Source: Antedon mediterranea
Taxonomy: Eukaryota > Animalia > Echinodermata
Length of the DNA stretch: 64,000 nucleotides
Reading direction: 5' to 3'
Assembly: GCF_964355755.1 (NCBI RefSeq)
Contig: NC_092676.1
Location: 20,292,871 to 20,356,870 of the forward strand
How positions within the stretch are numbered: the stretch's first letter is position 1; the number at the start of each line of letters is the position of its first letter. Made by a program: the position numbers and the translations under genes. Below are positions 62,468-64,000 of the stretch, piece by piece. Under the pieces are notes generated by a model, which did no database searches, was not told the origin of the DNA, and worked only from the letters and a program-made list of their open reading frames with translations.

Positions 62468-63718
62468 TTATTGTTCCTGATTATTTCTCCTATGTAAAAT
62501 AATAATGTGGTACTTTAGCATCTTTTTTGCTAACTTCTTTTCTGTGATTGTCTTCATCTGTGTTCTGATCTCTATTGTAGATGTAGTTAGTCTCAGCACT
62601 TGTTGCTGTATCTTTAATTGTGTGGTACACTCCATCAGCATGTACTGTAGGTGGAACGTTGGTAGAATGAACACCACTATTAAAAGAATCATTGTCGCTG
62701 ATGCCAGGATTATTGTTAGTTTGTTTGTACTCTCCTCCTGAGCAGTTGCATTAGTTGGCATACTTTTGCATTGATTAGTTGTATTAGTTGGCATACTTTT
62801 GCATTGATTAATTGCATTAGTTGGCATACTGTCTTTCACTGTAAATTCTATCTCATCAGAGCTGCTTTGAGAAATAGTTGTCACCAGACACTTTACACTG
62901 TAATCACCAGCTGTTAAATTGTTGAAGCATCTTTCATTGTCATCATTACCATGATAACTATTCAAGCCGTTTAATACCCAAGTATAATGTTTCTCACCAG
63001 ATCCTTCTGTCGCCTCACACTTAAAGCAATGTTCATACATTTTCTTTATTTTCACTGTTATTTGAGAGCGAACTGTTAAAAGTAATGTATAGCACTGGTT
63101 TTCACTTGCTACAGACTTAGCAATTTTGGTAACACAGTAAAAGAATATACCATCTCCCTGTTCATACCCTTTAAATGTCTGACTAAAAGGTAATGTCCAT
63201 GTGTTCCTATATAAATTATACGACTTTATAATGTTGTTTTTCCCTTGGATCCATCCAATTGTCATTTTATAATTTTTGTTTGGTTTTGTTATCTGTTTCA
63301 CCTGACATCCAATTGTTACCTGTTCACCTTCTATGATGTACTCTTCTAAGTCTTCACAGGCAATTCTCCAATTAAGATCTTGCATCTCCTTTCTTGTGAC
63401 ATGTGAAGGAATCAGAAAGTATTGATTATCATCATCTTGGCAGGTGTAAATTCCAGCATCTTGTTGTACATTGAAAGAGATGAACAGTTCACATTTAACG
63501 CTTGTCAACTTTGATGAGTATCGTTGGAAGTTACTGTTGCCAATACTATATGAACCATATAATGAAACATTATACTCTTTACTTGATGGTATGATCTTCA
63601 CAGGTTGCATCCCATTTTCTTTAGAATAATACTGTGAATCAAACTCAACATCCTGTTCTTCTGCTGTAACATCTCTGATAAACAGCAAACTGATCATCAT
63701 CATTAGACACAGCATCAT
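62468..63718 (-). CDS. Ig-like membrane protein copy 3 (416 aa) with a frameshifted cytoplasmic tail; variant receptor or young pseudogene
   Basis: Ectodomain nearly identical to copy 2; a 91-bp deletion at the end of the TM (~62664) shifts the frame. Confidence 0.7.
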   Translation of the reverse strand: MMLCLMMMISLLFIRDVTAEEQDVEFDSQYYSKENGMQPVKIIPSSKEYNVSLYGSYSIGNSNFQRYSSKLTSVKCELFISFNVQQDAGIYTCQDDDNQYFLIPSHVTRKEMQDLNWRIACEDLEEYIIEGEQVTIGCQVKQITKPNKNYKMTIGWIQGKNNIIKSYNLYRNTWTLPFSQTFKGYEQGDGIFFYCVTKIAKSVASENQCYTLLLTVRSQITVKIKKMYEHCFKCEATEGSGEKHYTWVLNGLNSYHGNDDNERCFNNLTAGDYSVKCLVTTISQSSSDEIEFTVKDSMPTNAINQCKSMPTNTTNQCKSMPTNATAQEESTNKLTIILASATMILLIVVFILPTFHLQYMLMECTTQLKIQQQVLRLTTSTIEIRTQMKTITEKKLAKKMLKYHIIILHRRNNQEQ

Positions 63719-64000
63719 TTTTGTTTATGAATAAGTTTAATGAATTGAACTTGTTGTTTGATAACTTGGTCGAAGTAAACAGATTCCTATTTCAACTGCA
63801 TCTATTTCTGCTATGGTTAAACAAAACAAAATATTTTGCAATAAGGAAATAAAAACCTATAATGTCCTTTTTTAGGTGCCATCATGTGTACTTATTTATA
63901 TTAAAAATAAAACTTTACTTTCTATTCCCAAAGTAAACTTAATATACTTTTGGGCGCTAATGCAGTTTCGTACCCACCCCTTAAAATTACTCAAAATCTT

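Overview
AT-rich, intron-containing animal genomic DNA. The repeat families and Ig-domain style suggest an invertebrate deuterostome, possibly an echinoderm (inference). About 1-25 kb is gene-poor and full of repeats: Nin/Deu-type SINEs, TTAA-associated MITEs, DINE-1/HINE-like elements and several minisatellites. Two conserved genes follow head-to-head: an SLC45A3-like MFS transporter (- strand, 3 coding exons, 27892-25677, 534 aa) and GCC1/GCC88, a GRIP-domain golgin (+ strand, 16 coding exons, 32393-50426, 717 aa, one GC-AG intron). From 52 to 64 kb lies a tandem cluster of intronless type-I membrane proteins with three Ig-like domains: two intact copies, one copy with a frameshifted tail, and one decayed fragment. 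The cluster shows a variable middle domain, mosaic sequence exchange, and different cytoplasmic Tyr motifs between copies, and is interleaved with Helitron and LINE pieces. It is the best candidate for an undescribed system, resembling a diversifying immune or recognition receptor family. All coordinates and counts were read by eye; no database searches were run.
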